A stretch of DNA of 46,400 bases from a virus. Under the pieces are notes generated by a model. It was not told where the DNA came from and ran no database searches. It saw nothing but the letters and a program-made list of their open reading frames with translations. Below, piece by piece: positions 1 to 7,568 of the stretch. A program made the position numbers and the translations under genes. Positions within the stretch are counted from its first letter, which is position 1, and each line of letters begins with the position of its first letter. The DNA is taken from positions 1-46,400 of IMG/VR virus record IMGVR_UViG_3300004889_000001. One strand, given 5' to 3'.

Positions 1-99
1 GCGCTCAATCGGGTGAGGTGGAAGGTGACCTTGTGGAAGCTTTAGAAATCAGTCGGGGTATATGCGACGTTCTGTGGGACGAATACAAGGCGGTTAAAG
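1..99. repeat. Terminal direct repeat, copy A (identical to 46302..46400)
   Basis: Read directly. gcgctcaatcgggtgaggtgg...gcggttaaag occurs at both window ends, with offset 46301. This indicates a circularly closing or terminally redundant contig. Confidence 0.95.
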
Positions 100-500
100 C
101 TGGCAAAAATATATCGTCACCAATGACAGTTACGCTTGGTGCATGGAGCGCATTTAACGGGCTTCACCGACAGATAGATATATTGCGCCAAAACCCACCC
201 CCTCAATCCGTTGGGCATGATGAGCTGGTGGAGCGGTTGAAAGCGTTAAAGCCTTTTTCTAGTCCAGACTTTTTCCATGAAGTAATCCAAGACGCCATCA
301 CCGCCCTATCCAGTAAGCCCGCGCAGGATTGGGTTAAGATAGAGGATATTCCAGACGAGTGGAAAGATGGGCGGGACTTAGACGTTACTCACAAGACGTT
401 AGGAAGGATAACGGATTGTGAAGGCGACGTCATAGCTGATTTATTGGAAGGCATAACCCACGCCATGCTCCCAATCGCGCCGCCAAAGATGCAGGGATAG
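1..500 (+). CDS. DUF551-like protein, 3' part of the junction-spanning gene (5' part at 46139..46400; about 219 aa in full)
   Basis: The reading frame is continuous from the ATG at 46139 through the repeat (codon phase starts at nt 3). The C-terminus ITHAMLPIAPPKMQG resembles the DUF551 ending (tHWmPLPePP). Confidence 0.6.
   Translation, partial: AQSGEVEGDLVEALEISRGICDVLWDEYKAVKAGKNISSPMTVTLGAWSAFNGLHRQIDILRQNPPPQSVGHDELVERLKALKPFSSPDFFHEVIQDAITALSSKPAQDWVKIEDIPDEWKDGRDLDVTHKTLGRITDCEGDVIADLLEGITHAMLPIAPPKMQG
467..500. repeat. Inverted repeat A, left arm (partner 3211..3244, 32/34 identical)
   Basis: gctcccaatcgcgccgccaaagatgcagggatag compared with the reverse complement of 3211..3244, gctcccaatcgagccgccaaagatggagggatag. 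Confidence 0.9.
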
Positions 501-809
501 ATGACTGTTTACGTTGATGATATGTATAAGACGAAAATGGGGCAATATGGCCGCATGAAAATGTCGCACATGATAGCCGACACTCGCGCTGAGCTTTTGG
601 ACATGGCCTCCAAAATTGGCCTTGATGAAAAGTACCTTCAAAAAAAAGGTCAGCCACAGGAGCACTTTGATATAAGTATGTCTTATCGTTCACGCGCTAT
701 CGAAAATGGAGCGTCTGAAATAACAATGCGAGAATTGGCGCGCATTACCCGCGCAAGAAGCAAAGCCGGATTGGATGGTCTTCTTGCCTACGTTGGAGAA
801 CAATCATGA
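501..809 (+). CDS. DUF4031-like protein
   Basis: 102-aa ORF whose start abuts the upstream stop. Motifs VYVDD...MSHMIADT..ELLDMA..IGL...EHFDIS...R..AIENGA fit the DUF4031 pattern. Confidence 0.6.
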   Translation: MTVYVDDMYKTKMGQYGRMKMSHMIADTRAELLDMASKIGLDEKYLQKKGQPQEHFDISMSYRSRAIENGASEITMRELARITRARSKAGLDGLLAYVGEQS

Positions 810-836
810 TAGCCCAATTACAGATAGGAAATGAAA
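806..836. repeat. Inverted repeat B, left arm (partner 3014..3044, 29/31 identical)
   Basis: atgatagcccaattacagataggaaatgaaa compared with the reverse complement of 3014..3044, atgaaagcccaattacagatagggaatgaaa. Confidence 0.9.
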
Positions 837-850
837 GAGAAAACAAATGA
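806..850 (+). pseudogene. 14-codon remnant (MIAQLQIGNERENK) of a paralogue of the 2835..3044 gene
   Basis: Its N-terminus matches MKAQLQIGNE of the 69-aa minus-strand ORF. It has ATGA overlaps with the upstream stop (806-809) and the downstream start (847-850). Confidence 0.35.
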
Positions 851-1140
851 AAAGTAACATCTCAACAGACGACGGCCACCCGAGCATGACCGGAGAGGAA
901 ATCAAATCTCTACGGGAGCACCTAAACCTTACCCAAGTGCAATTTATGCACATTATGGGATATTCAGCATCAGCATCTAAAGTCGGCACAAAGAGGCTTA
1001 GAGAGCGGTGTTTTAACTTCGAGACTGGCGTCGTGCCATTACCGCCAAGCCAGACAAGGCTTCTCATGGCAATCGGTTTCATCGAAAGCGGGGATAAATC
1101 GGATCTTGCCGCGCTATTGTCTTACGGGGATTTTCTTTAA
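847..1140 (+). CDS. HTH (XRE-like) DNA-binding protein
   Basis: EIKSLREHLNLTQVQFMHIMGYS resembles an XRE-type helix-turn-helix. It is the last gene of the plus early block. Confidence 0.5.
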   Translation: MKSNISTDDGHPSMTGEEIKSLREHLNLTQVQFMHIMGYSASASKVGTKRLRERCFNFETGVVPLPPSQTRLLMAIGFIESGDKSDLAALLSYGDFL

Positions 1141-1323
1141 ATCCTCTAACTCTGTCATCACATCGTCCAACAAATCATTCAGTTGGGCGACGTCGCTATC
1201 ATAATACGCCGAACAGGAACCTCGACGGCCGGTAAACTCTTCAGCTCTTTTTATCCGCCAAGGTGATCGGCGAACAGGCCAGAACCTAAGCCGTTTGGGA
1301 CTATGCCAAAATTCATACATCAT
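1114..1323 (-). CDS. Hypothetical protein (69 aa)
   Basis: ORF that abuts the upstream gene (1324). Its 3' end overlaps the convergent plus-strand gene by 27 nt. Confidence 0.4.
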   Translation of the reverse strand: MMYEFWHSPKRLRFWPVRRSPWRIKRAEEFTGRRGSCSAYYDSDVAQLNDLLDDVMTELEDLKKIPVRQ

Positions 1324-1653
1324 CTAATCTTCAACCTCACTCTCAGATGGATAACGGATCGTCCAGAGGGAACGATGTTTCCATTTATGGGCGTCCTCAT
1401 ACGCCCGTTTGTCCATCTTCATAAGAGTTAACCCATCGGAGCCCGCTTCGCGGCGGCCGTTTATATCATACCATTCACCATCAATCTCAGACCAAACATG
1501 ATCTATGTTCCACCACGCTTGAGCCTGGGGGAAAATCGACTTGAGGATTTTATAAAATTCAAAGCAAGAACCGTTTGTGTAGACGAAAGCGGCATCTTGA
1601 AAACTATTGCGGATGAAACCAATAACGACATCAGGCTCAGGATCTTGGCTCAT
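1324..1653 (-). CDS. Hypothetical protein (109 aa)
   Basis: ATG-initiated ORF, tightly packed within the minus-strand operon. Confidence 0.55.
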   Translation of the reverse strand: MSQDPEPDVVIGFIRNSFQDAAFVYTNGSCFEFYKILKSIFPQAQAWWNIDHVWSEIDGEWYDINGRREAGSDGLTLMKMDKRAYEDAHKWKHRSLWTIRYPSESEVED

Positions 1654-1656
1654 TTC

Positions 1657-1788
1657 TCAAACTCCCTCAAAAAATACATAAAACCCAACCAATGCGGCCA
1701 AGAGAATGAAAAGCCCCATTCTCAAAGCGCGGACGGCCAAGATTATTTCAGGCGTGTATATCCGTTTGTTATCGTTTGCGTGTTTCAT
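1657..1788 (-). CDS. Small hydrophobic protein (43 aa)
   Basis: Hand translation gives MKHANDNKRIYTPEIILAVRALRMGLFILLAALVGFYVFFEGV, with one predicted transmembrane segment. Its start overlaps the upstream stop. Confidence 0.35.
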   Translation of the reverse strand: MKHANDNKRIYTPEIILAVRALRMGLFILLAALVGFYVFFEGV

Positions 1789-2006
1789 GGTTCTGACCTC
1801 AGGCGAACAGGGAAAACGACCCGACCCTCTACGTTAAATCGTGAATGCGCCAACCTCCACTTGCTTCGCCTAACCGCTATCGCGTTTCTTAATCTACCGT
1901 CGTTTGACTTGGCTTTGACGCGGCGACTTCTGGACATCCTATCTAATGCAACTCGACCTATCGGCTTTCTTTTACAGGGCGAAAATTGTTTTTTCATGTA
2001 AGGCAT
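1785..2006 (-). CDS. Hypothetical arginine-rich protein (73 aa)
   Basis: ATG start lies 2 nt after the upstream stop, and the stop overlaps the next start. No motif recognised. Confidence 0.4.
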   Translation of the reverse strand: MPYMKKQFSPCKRKPIGRVALDRMSRSRRVKAKSNDGRLRNAIAVRRSKWRLAHSRFNVEGRVVFPVRLRSEP

Positions 2007-2008
2007 TA

Positions 2009-2176
2009 TTACAGCCGCTCCTGTTTTTGTATTTTCTTCATAAATCGTTGCTTCTGAACCCTCGACAAACGCGCGTAGCTTTCGGCTAGCATCCCAACGT
2101 CATCCATAAATTTCGGCTTATGATACTCTTTCCCCGCAGCAAACCCACGTTCCCAATCGTCGCTCATTCTTGTCAT
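2009..2176 (-). CDS. Hypothetical protein (55 aa)
   Basis: Hand translation gives MTRMSDDWERGFAAGKEYHKPKF...KQERL. An AGGAG sits 6 nt upstream of the ATG. The ORF is below the 60-aa cutoff of the supplied track. Confidence 0.35.
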   Translation of the reverse strand: MTRMSDDWERGFAAGKEYHKPKFMDDVGMLAESYARLSRVQKQRFMKKIQKQERL

Positions 2177-2232
2177 CTCTATCTCCTATTCCAAGCTCTC
2201 AGGCGGGGCTTGTTCCGCTTTGGGGGTGGCGT

Positions 2233-2790
2233 CTATCGGCGGCAAAACGATTGTTCATTTAACGTACGGTCAAGAGCGTCTTTGATAGTCTCGCCCTTTT
2301 TAACGCTGGCGCTAGTCCCAACGACACCACCCTTCCAAGACCCCCGCTCGCTTCCCATTTCGCGGTCAAAGCTAATGTCTATGGCATACCGCCAAGGGTA
2401 GAGTTTGCTGGCAAAGCGCAGCCAGTGGTGAGGAAATTTGCAGCGAGTGTATTTAACCTCAGCCCAAGCCTCTTGAACTTCGTCCCTATACTTCATTTGA
2501 TATTTAACAGGGAAGTGAAAACGCATCCCGAACGACTTGTAGTTTTCCCAATCTAAAATATCAGGATAAATCTCCCAAGACCCTAATTTGCCCAACCCCT
2601 GCTTAGCGCCAGAAGCTTTATGCCACGGGGCTTTGAAATACTTAATCCAATCTCTCTGGGTTTTATTTTCGTCGAAGGATAGTTTCACAGGGTCACCGCC
2701 TTTTTGAATTATTATTTCGCCGGGCCAATATTGAAGCAACCAATACCCAAAGGGCAGTTTTTTCTGAATGTATATATCTTTGTATGCCAT
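2233..2790 (-). CDS. Hypothetical Trp-rich protein (185 aa)
   Basis: Long ATG-initiated ORF in the operon. No motif recognised. Confidence 0.6.
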   Translation of the reverse strand: MAYKDIYIQKKLPFGYWLLQYWPGEIIIQKGGDPVKLSFDENKTQRDWIKYFKAPWHKASGAKQGLGKLGSWEIYPDILDWENYKSFGMRFHFPVKYQMKYRDEVQEAWAEVKYTRCKFPHHWLRFASKLYPWRYAIDISFDREMGSERGSWKGGVVGTSASVKKGETIKDALDRTLNEQSFCRR

Positions 2791-2834
2791 GATTAATGTC
2801 TCCGTTTCCTAAATGCTTGATGGTGTTGGGGTGT

Positions 2835-3044
2835 TTATGCCGCGTCCTGAAAGATTACGCCGCCTATGGATTTGAAGTGTTCGAGGGCTTGTTCTTCCGT
2901 ATCGGATATGTTTCGTCCACCATAAATATTTACTTGCTCGCCGTATACTTTGAAGTCCCACATTACCCAAAAATCATCGGCGCTTCTCAAGGTTGTCCAA
3001 AACCCCTCCCGCATTTCATTCCCTATCTGTAATTGGGCTTTCAT
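2835..3044 (-). CDS. Hypothetical protein (69 aa)
   Basis: Its first 31 nt form the right arm of inverted repeat B. Its start overlaps the upstream stop (3041-3044). Confidence 0.5.
   Translation of the reverse strand: MKAQLQIGNEMREGFWTTLRSADDFWVMWDFKVYGEQVNIYGGRNISDTEEQALEHFKSIGGVIFQDAA
3014..3044. repeat. Inverted repeat B, right arm
   Basis: See 806..836. Confidence 0.9.
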
Positions 3045-3208
3045 TGCAGTTCTCCATACGCATAATCGAACAGCGCTCTCTGAGCATCTTCAAATGTACG
3101 AAACCGTCCAAGCTTTTTAAATGCCTTCCACCTTCCAAACGGAACAAATCTCTCTTGTATAATATAACTCCCGTCACCATACCGCCTGATTTTATATCGA
3201 AACTTCAT
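3041..3208 (-). CDS. Hypothetical protein (55 aa from the internal ATG)
   Basis: MKFRYKIRRYGDGSY... with GGAGGGATAGAG immediately upstream. The longer 79-aa form would overlap the upstream gene. Confidence 0.45.
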   Translation of the reverse strand: MKFRYKIRRYGDGSYIIQERFVPFGRWKAFKKLGRFRTFEDAQRALFDYAYGELQ

Positions 3209-3210
3209 CT

Positions 3211-3244
3211 CTATCCCTCCATCTTTGGCGGCTCGATTGGGAGC
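3211..3244. repeat. Inverted repeat A, right arm
   Basis: See 467..500. Confidence 0.9.
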
Positions 3245-3405
3245 CAACAAATAAGTGTGTCGTCTGGTCCAAATGCCCAATTTCCATTATCCAATTTCCA
3301 GCCAGCGCCATTGCTGCCTTCATACCACTTAACAAGCACTCCATTTGGGTAATCGTATTTTGAGGCAACGAGGTAATAATTATTGTCAGCAGGAACTTTG
3401 TTCAT
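3211..3405 (-). CDS. DUF551-like protein (64 aa from the ATG at 3405)
   Basis: The C-terminus ICWLPIEPPKMEG fits the DUF551 ending. The ATG lies 1 nt after the upstream stop and has a GGAG upstream. Confidence 0.5.
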   Translation of the reverse strand: MNKVPADNNYYLVASKYDYPNGVLVKWYEGSNGAGWKLDNGNWAFGPDDTLICWLPIEPPKMEG

Positions 3406-3406
3406 A

Positions 3407-4261
3407 TCATTCACTCCATCCAAGTTTAATCCAATCCGCTTTCGGAAAGTACACCCAATACTCGCGTTCTAAGAGCCGTACAGGGCGATCCATCCATTGA
3501 GCGTCCCATCCGGTCCGAAGGTATCTTTCCCCTCGCCTGCGCCAAACGTCGTGCATTGTTGGGCCTGTTTCATTGATAGACTTGGCCCTAAACACACCCT
3601 TTTTCAGAAAATCGTCAAAAAGCTCGTCGCGAAGGACGTACTGCATAGTCTTCATGAACTGGCGGTCATTCTTTGTTTGACCAATGTCTGCGTAATACCA
3701 CATGATTGCATTGGCTAGGCGGGTGGCGGGTATGCGATCTTTCTTGCGGTTAACGATCTTTAGAAATCTCGTCTTAGAAATTTTCTTTGAGAAGTAAGAT
3801 TTCTTTTCCGCAGGGACCAGAGGATAGACTTGGGACCATAGCTTCTCGAATACCTCTTCACTTTTTTGTAAAGTTTTTTTACTATTGATATTCTTAGAAG
3901 TTGTTCTTCTTAAGGTGACGGGTTTTGCCGCTAACGGTTTTTCAGTCACACGGTTAAATATTCGCCAATCGTTTCGTTCAAATTTACCCGCTGCATCCTG
4001 CACCTGAACTATATCTAATAGGCCTGCATCCTTAAGTCCGTTGATTGCGCTTGAAAGCTTATCGCGGCCCCATCCGGTGACGTTCATAAGGTGCTTGCGA
4101 TTGAATTCCCAATCGACAGCGTACCCGTTCATTAAAACCCACAAAAACCTTGAGTTTGAAGGGATATTTTCATCCCTAACTAGCTCATGGGGAACCATTG
4201 AAAATGGGACATCAGGGGTATTGCGAAGAATGTTTTTTGTGTTTATATTGCCCTTAGGCAT
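3407..4261 (-). CDS. HTH replication initiator (phage O / DnaD-like class)
   Basis: The N-terminal segment FSMVPHELVRD...SRFLWVLMNGY...LMNVTGWGRDKLSSAINGLKDAGLLD is typical of HTH replication initiators. The gene sits immediately downstream of the helicase gene in the same operon. Confidence 0.65.
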   Translation of the reverse strand: MPKGNINTKNILRNTPDVPFSMVPHELVRDENIPSNSRFLWVLMNGYAVDWEFNRKHLMNVTGWGRDKLSSAINGLKDAGLLDIVQVQDAAGKFERNDWRIFNRVTEKPLAAKPVTLRRTTSKNINSKKTLQKSEEVFEKLWSQVYPLVPAEKKSYFSKKISKTRFLKIVNRKKDRIPATRLANAIMWYYADIGQTKNDRQFMKTMQYVLRDELFDDFLKKGVFRAKSINETGPTMHDVWRRRGERYLRTGWDAQWMDRPVRLLEREYWVYFPKADWIKLGWSE

Positions 4262-4324
4262 AGTCGCTCTCCTATAGCGTTATGTGAAGCCCGGAGCCAG
4301 TCACAGCTTCGGGTTTCTTTATTT

Positions 4325-5806
4325 TTATACTATATTTTGTTGTTCGTCAATTTCCGCTGGAATATAATCGTCATACAGATCAAACCCCTCGGGAATATCA
4401 TCATCGTACATATCCATAACCGTATCGGTTCCAAGGTCCACTTTGACCTTCACTGTCTTTTCAGGACCAGAACGGTTCTTTGTTAATATTACTTCCATTT
4501 CATTCTCACATGCCGAAATTCTGGCTTCTAAATCCATCGCATCAGAAGCTTTTTCAGGCTTTGGAAGTTTGCGCAAATAATACTCTTCGCGATAAAACAT
4601 CATCACAACATCTGCATCTTGTTCAATGGATCCGCTATCTCGCAAATCCGAATTGCCTGGCCTCTTGTTGTCTCGACTATCGACGCCACGACTGACTTGA
4701 GCGAGGGCAACAATCGGAATATTCAAGGTTTTAGTGAGTGCTTTTAAACGGCCCGTAATGATAGATAATGCCCCTGCCCGCGTGTCATTTTTCCCCCGCA
4801 CATCACTATCTCCCATGAGTTGAATATAGTCGATAAGAAGCAAGTCTAAGCCGCCCATTGCCTTCCGCATGGCCCGAGCGCGCTTCTCTAAAAGTGAAAT
4901 TGTAATGCCCGCTGTGGTATCAATTTTCATGTTAGGCATGGTCGTTTTTGCGGCCTTTAAGCGCTCTAAATCAGCAGCAGAAACCCTATGAGATGTGATG
5001 TCTCTATACTCAATTCTACCCGTTCCGGTCCCGAGTTCATTGGACAACGCACGGACGGCATTTTCACCCGCGCCCATCTCCAAACTGAAGAAACCAACCT
5101 TCTTATCTTGCCGCGCAACATTACGGCCAATATTGGCAAGCATACCTGTTTTAAACATACCCGGACGGCCTGCACCAACATATAGTTTCTCTTTCTGAAG
5201 GCCTCGAATAGCTTCATCCAAATCAGTCAGGCCAGTAGAGAGCCCCATTGCCTCTTCATGCCCAATCTTTTCAATCTCAGTGTCCGCAGCGTCGACCAAA
5301 TCCACAAAGTTATCAGCAGCCGCAAACTCCCCTTCAATAGCCGTGAGGTCATTTTGGAAGACTGTAAGCTGATCAGCCGCATCATCATCAGTATCTGGAT
5401 CCTGATAGCGCAGAATGGCTTCCTTTGCCGCTCTAATGCCTTCGCGCCGTTGAGCAAGGTTTGTGACCAGCTTTGCATATTCTGGACCCGTCGCAGTCGG
5501 AGGAGCATTGTCCAGCAGCAGGGCAAGATATTCCACGCCGCCAATATCCTTTAGAGTTTCATCCTGAGAAAAACGGTTCTTAAGAATAATAGCATCGACC
5601 TTCAGACCCATACCAAAACGCCGCCACATGACATCGGCTATCTTCTCATGAATAGAATTGTAGAAATACTTAGGTTTTATGAAGTCCCGTACTTCCGCAA
5701 ATGCAGCTAAACCCCCATGCAAAAGCACACCTAAGAGCGCTTGTTCTGCCTCTTGAGAGTGTGGGGTTTTATCATTATTTCCATAATCATTATTTGAGTA
5801 ATCCAT
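4325..5806 (-). CDS. dnaB: Replicative DNA helicase, DnaB family
   Basis: N-terminal PHSQEAEQALLGVLL and Walker A GAGRPGMFKT. The C-terminal IVALAQVSRGVDSR...DLRDSGSIEQDADVV matches DnaB/RecA-fold motifs. Confidence 0.9.
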   Translation of the reverse strand: MDYSNNDYGNNDKTPHSQEAEQALLGVLLHGGLAAFAEVRDFIKPKYFYNSIHEKIADVMWRRFGMGLKVDAIILKNRFSQDETLKDIGGVEYLALLLDNAPPTATGPEYAKLVTNLAQRREGIRAAKEAILRYQDPDTDDDAADQLTVFQNDLTAIEGEFAAADNFVDLVDAADTEIEKIGHEEAMGLSTGLTDLDEAIRGLQKEKLYVGAGRPGMFKTGMLANIGRNVARQDKKVGFFSLEMGAGENAVRALSNELGTGTGRIEYRDITSHRVSAADLERLKAAKTTMPNMKIDTTAGITISLLEKRARAMRKAMGGLDLLLIDYIQLMGDSDVRGKNDTRAGALSIITGRLKALTKTLNIPIVALAQVSRGVDSRDNKRPGNSDLRDSGSIEQDADVVMMFYREEYYLRKLPKPEKASDAMDLEARISACENEMEVILTKNRSGPEKTVKVKVDLGTDTVMDMYDDDIPEGFDLYDDYIPAEIDEQQNIV

Positions 5807-5824
5807 ATCCGTCCAAGATACTTT

Positions 5825-6112
5825 CTATCTATAATCGTAAACAACCGTGTGACTTGGCATGTTGACTGGTTCAATCTGAAATCTAATTGGCTTGTCGGAT
5901 GGTATGAGGAGCCCGTTCTTTACCGCCAATTTTTCTAATTTAACCAGATCACTTAATATCTTATTGGCTTTGGCGGTTCGAATGTTCAAACCAACAGAAA
6001 TATCATTGGCTTCAACCCCGCGCCCGCAGCCAGAGTAGTGCCCCTTCATAAACGCCAGTACCATTTTCTGATTTATTGTTAATTCAACCTTCAAGTTTGA
6101 AATCCCCTTCAT
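5825..6112 (-). CDS. Winged-HTH-like protein (95 aa from the ATG at 6112)
   Basis: LTINQKMVLAFMKGH...DISVGLNIRTAKANKILSDLVKLEKL resembles a MarR-type winged helix. It overlaps the 3' end of rusA by 29 nt. Confidence 0.4.
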   Translation of the reverse strand: MKGISNLKVELTINQKMVLAFMKGHYSGCGRGVEANDISVGLNIRTAKANKILSDLVKLEKLAVKNGLLIPSDKPIRFQIEPVNMPSHTVVYDYR

Positions 6113-6653
6113 CCGACCATGGAAATTCTGTTTTGAGCCAAGCGTGATCGCCTTCAATATCATATTTATAAAATCGGGCCCTAATGCCCTCATGATGTGA
6201 GAATACCTTGGCGCCAGTCACTTTGACGACTTGCCTATCATCATTGAAAACATACGTGTTGGCGGCATCACAAATAATCTTGCCCAAATTATCAACATCA
6301 GGCGTCGACAGCCGAGGTATAAGACCCTTCTGTTTTTGCAGCGTAACTCGTTTATTGTCACTTTTGACAGGCGGGTAAAATGCACAGAACCTAAGCTCCA
6401 CCGCACCCTCTTCAGGTCTAAAATGGCCTTGTTTGCGCATTTGTTGAATTATCGTCATTTGCAAATCCCGCTCATAATCTGCCGTAGAAGCAGGGCGAGG
6501 AAAAACCCCAATAGCCTTCATGGGATAATACATTGCGCCGTTAATCTTCACGCCAGCGCCAGCCGTCCGAGGACGCGGCATGAAGTTTTGGCGGCCCTTA
6601 CCCCGAGGCTTTCCGGGAAACCAGATGTCACAGAGTAAGGAACCGTCAGTCAT
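6084..6653 (-). CDS. rusA: RusA-family Holliday junction resolvase
   Basis: GKPRGKGR near the N-terminus, and PDVDNLGKIICDAANTYVFNDDRQV, which matches the RusA catalytic signature (DxDN..K...D.....DD.QV). Confidence 0.7.
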   Translation of the reverse strand: MTDGSLLCDIWFPGKPRGKGRQNFMPRPRTAGAGVKINGAMYYPMKAIGVFPRPASTADYERDLQMTIIQQMRKQGHFRPEEGAVELRFCAFYPPVKSDNKRVTLQKQKGLIPRLSTPDVDNLGKIICDAANTYVFNDDRQVVKVTGAKVFSHHEGIRARFYKYDIEGDHAWLKTEFPWSDEGDFKLEG

Positions 6654-7153
6654 TATTTGACAGCCTTAAGCTTTGGCTTTTCAGCGTCAGCCGCAACGTC
6701 TTCTGCGAGGGACTTTGAGGGCTTAGTAGGCTCCTCAGTCAAATTGGCAATGTCAGACTTCAAGCTTTCAATTTGCTCTTTAAGCGCCTTAATCTCTTCA
6801 TTCGCAGCATTGGAATTCGGGACTTCAGCAAACATATCAATCGTATCTGCCATATATTCGTATTCGTCCGCCGTAGTCTCTTCTAATGTCTCTAGAATAG
6901 TTGAAATCTTACGCAGAGCTTTGCGGGAGCTGATCAGCTTACCGAGAGCTTTGGTATGATAGCCTTGTTCTTTCGCTTCGCCAAAAATAGCAGCGCGGTC
7001 TGCATACATGGGTTTGAACTTCTTCAAATTCTCCATCTTGAGATCCAAAATCTCTTGGTTCTTATTTTCAATACGGGTAACAAAACCCATAATGCCTTCT
7101 TTATTCGGACGATTGCTCTTACGCATCGCGTCCACATCGGTCTTTTTAACCAT
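6653..7153 (-). CDS. GapR/DUF2312-like DNA-binding protein with N- and C-terminal extensions
   Basis: FVTRIENKNQEILDLK...IFGEAKEQGYHTKALGKLISSRK parallels Caulobacter GapR ...VYAEAKGNGFDVKVLKKVVRIRK. The C-terminal tail is an acidic, Lys-rich coiled coil. Confidence 0.5.
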   Translation of the reverse strand: MVKKTDVDAMRKSNRPNKEGIMGFVTRIENKNQEILDLKMENLKKFKPMYADRAAIFGEAKEQGYHTKALGKLISSRKALRKISTILETLEETTADEYEYMADTIDMFAEVPNSNAANEEIKALKEQIESLKSDIANLTEEPTKPSKSLAEDVAADAEKPKLKAVK

Positions 7154-7205
7154 AGTCTTACTCCAAATGACGGAAAGCCCCGTCCAGCTATCAGCTATTT
7201 ACTGA

Positions 7206-7352
7206 TTATTTTGAGGTGTTGCCGACAACTATGTCAGCATTGATAACGGCGGTGACAGGAATGCCCTCATCCTTTGCGCGCGCGACCAGCTTTTCATGCT
7301 GATCTTCAGGAATATTTACATTGATGCGCTTGCAGCCGGCTTTGGTGCCCAT
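7206..7352 (-). CDS. Ribbon-helix-helix (CopG/Arc-like) regulator, 48 aa
   Basis: KRINVNIPEDQHEKLVARAKDEG fits the RHH beta-strand plus helix pattern. The ATG at 7352 has a GGAG about 10 nt upstream. The TTG start at 7403 in the supplied track lies upstream of the predicted transcription start. Confidence 0.55.
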   Translation of the reverse strand: MGTKAGCKRINVNIPEDQHEKLVARAKDEGIPVTAVINADIVVGNTSK

Positions 7353-7382
7353 TTCTAAAATCTCCGTCCAAATTATTTTTTC

Positions 7383-7411
7383 TTTATAAACGGGGTGTCC
7401 CAAACTTGCAA
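7383..7411 (-). promoter_or_regulatory. Sigma70-like promoter for the replication operon (TTGCAA-N17-TATAAA)
   Basis: The minus strand reads TTGCAA gtttgggacaccccgtt TATAAA. The spacer contains TTGGGACACCCC, which is also present in the early promoter. Confidence 0.5.
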
Positions 7412-7434
7412 CAAAAAAAATTATGTGCTAAAAG
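7406..7434 (+). promoter_or_regulatory. Candidate sigma70-like promoter for the recombination operon (TTGCAA-N17-TAAAAG)
   Basis: It uses the same palindromic TTGCAA hexamer (7406..7411) as the minus-strand promoter. The -10 element is weaker. Confidence 0.35.
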
Positions 7435-7440
7435 GATTTT

Positions 7441-7551
7441 ATGGACGACTTCAAAAACAAACGCACTTTACTAAATGATTTTGCATCAGGCGGATTAATC
7501 GCAGGGTGCATCATAGCTCTGTTTTATGGCGTTGTCCTTTCTTTAGGATGA
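7441..7551 (+). CDS. Small hydrophobic ORF (36 aa)
   Basis: Hand translation gives MDDFKNKRTLLNDFASGGLIAGCIIALFYGVVLSLG. The ATG lies about 7 nt after the candidate -10, so the mRNA may be leaderless. An AAGGA lies upstream. Confidence 0.3.
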   Translation: MDDFKNKRTLLNDFASGGLIAGCIIALFYGVVLSLG

Positions 7552-7568
7552 CAACATAGGAGCCCCAA

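Noticed and set aside
1-99. The 99-nt terminal repeat as a physical direct terminal repeat of the virion DNA
   Set aside because: The junction falls inside an intact reading frame, and the length is typical of an assembler k-mer overlap. A circular or permuted template is more likely. Read-terminus data are needed to settle this.
1498-2001. Long ORFs antisense to called genes (for example 1498..2001, 6231..6638, 9262..9633, 15431..15856, 22685..23035, 27039..27416, 30370..30852, 31582..31995)
   Set aside because: They are shadow ORFs on the strand opposite tightly packed genes with recognisable products or operon context. They have no ribosome-binding sites and their amino-acid composition is odd.
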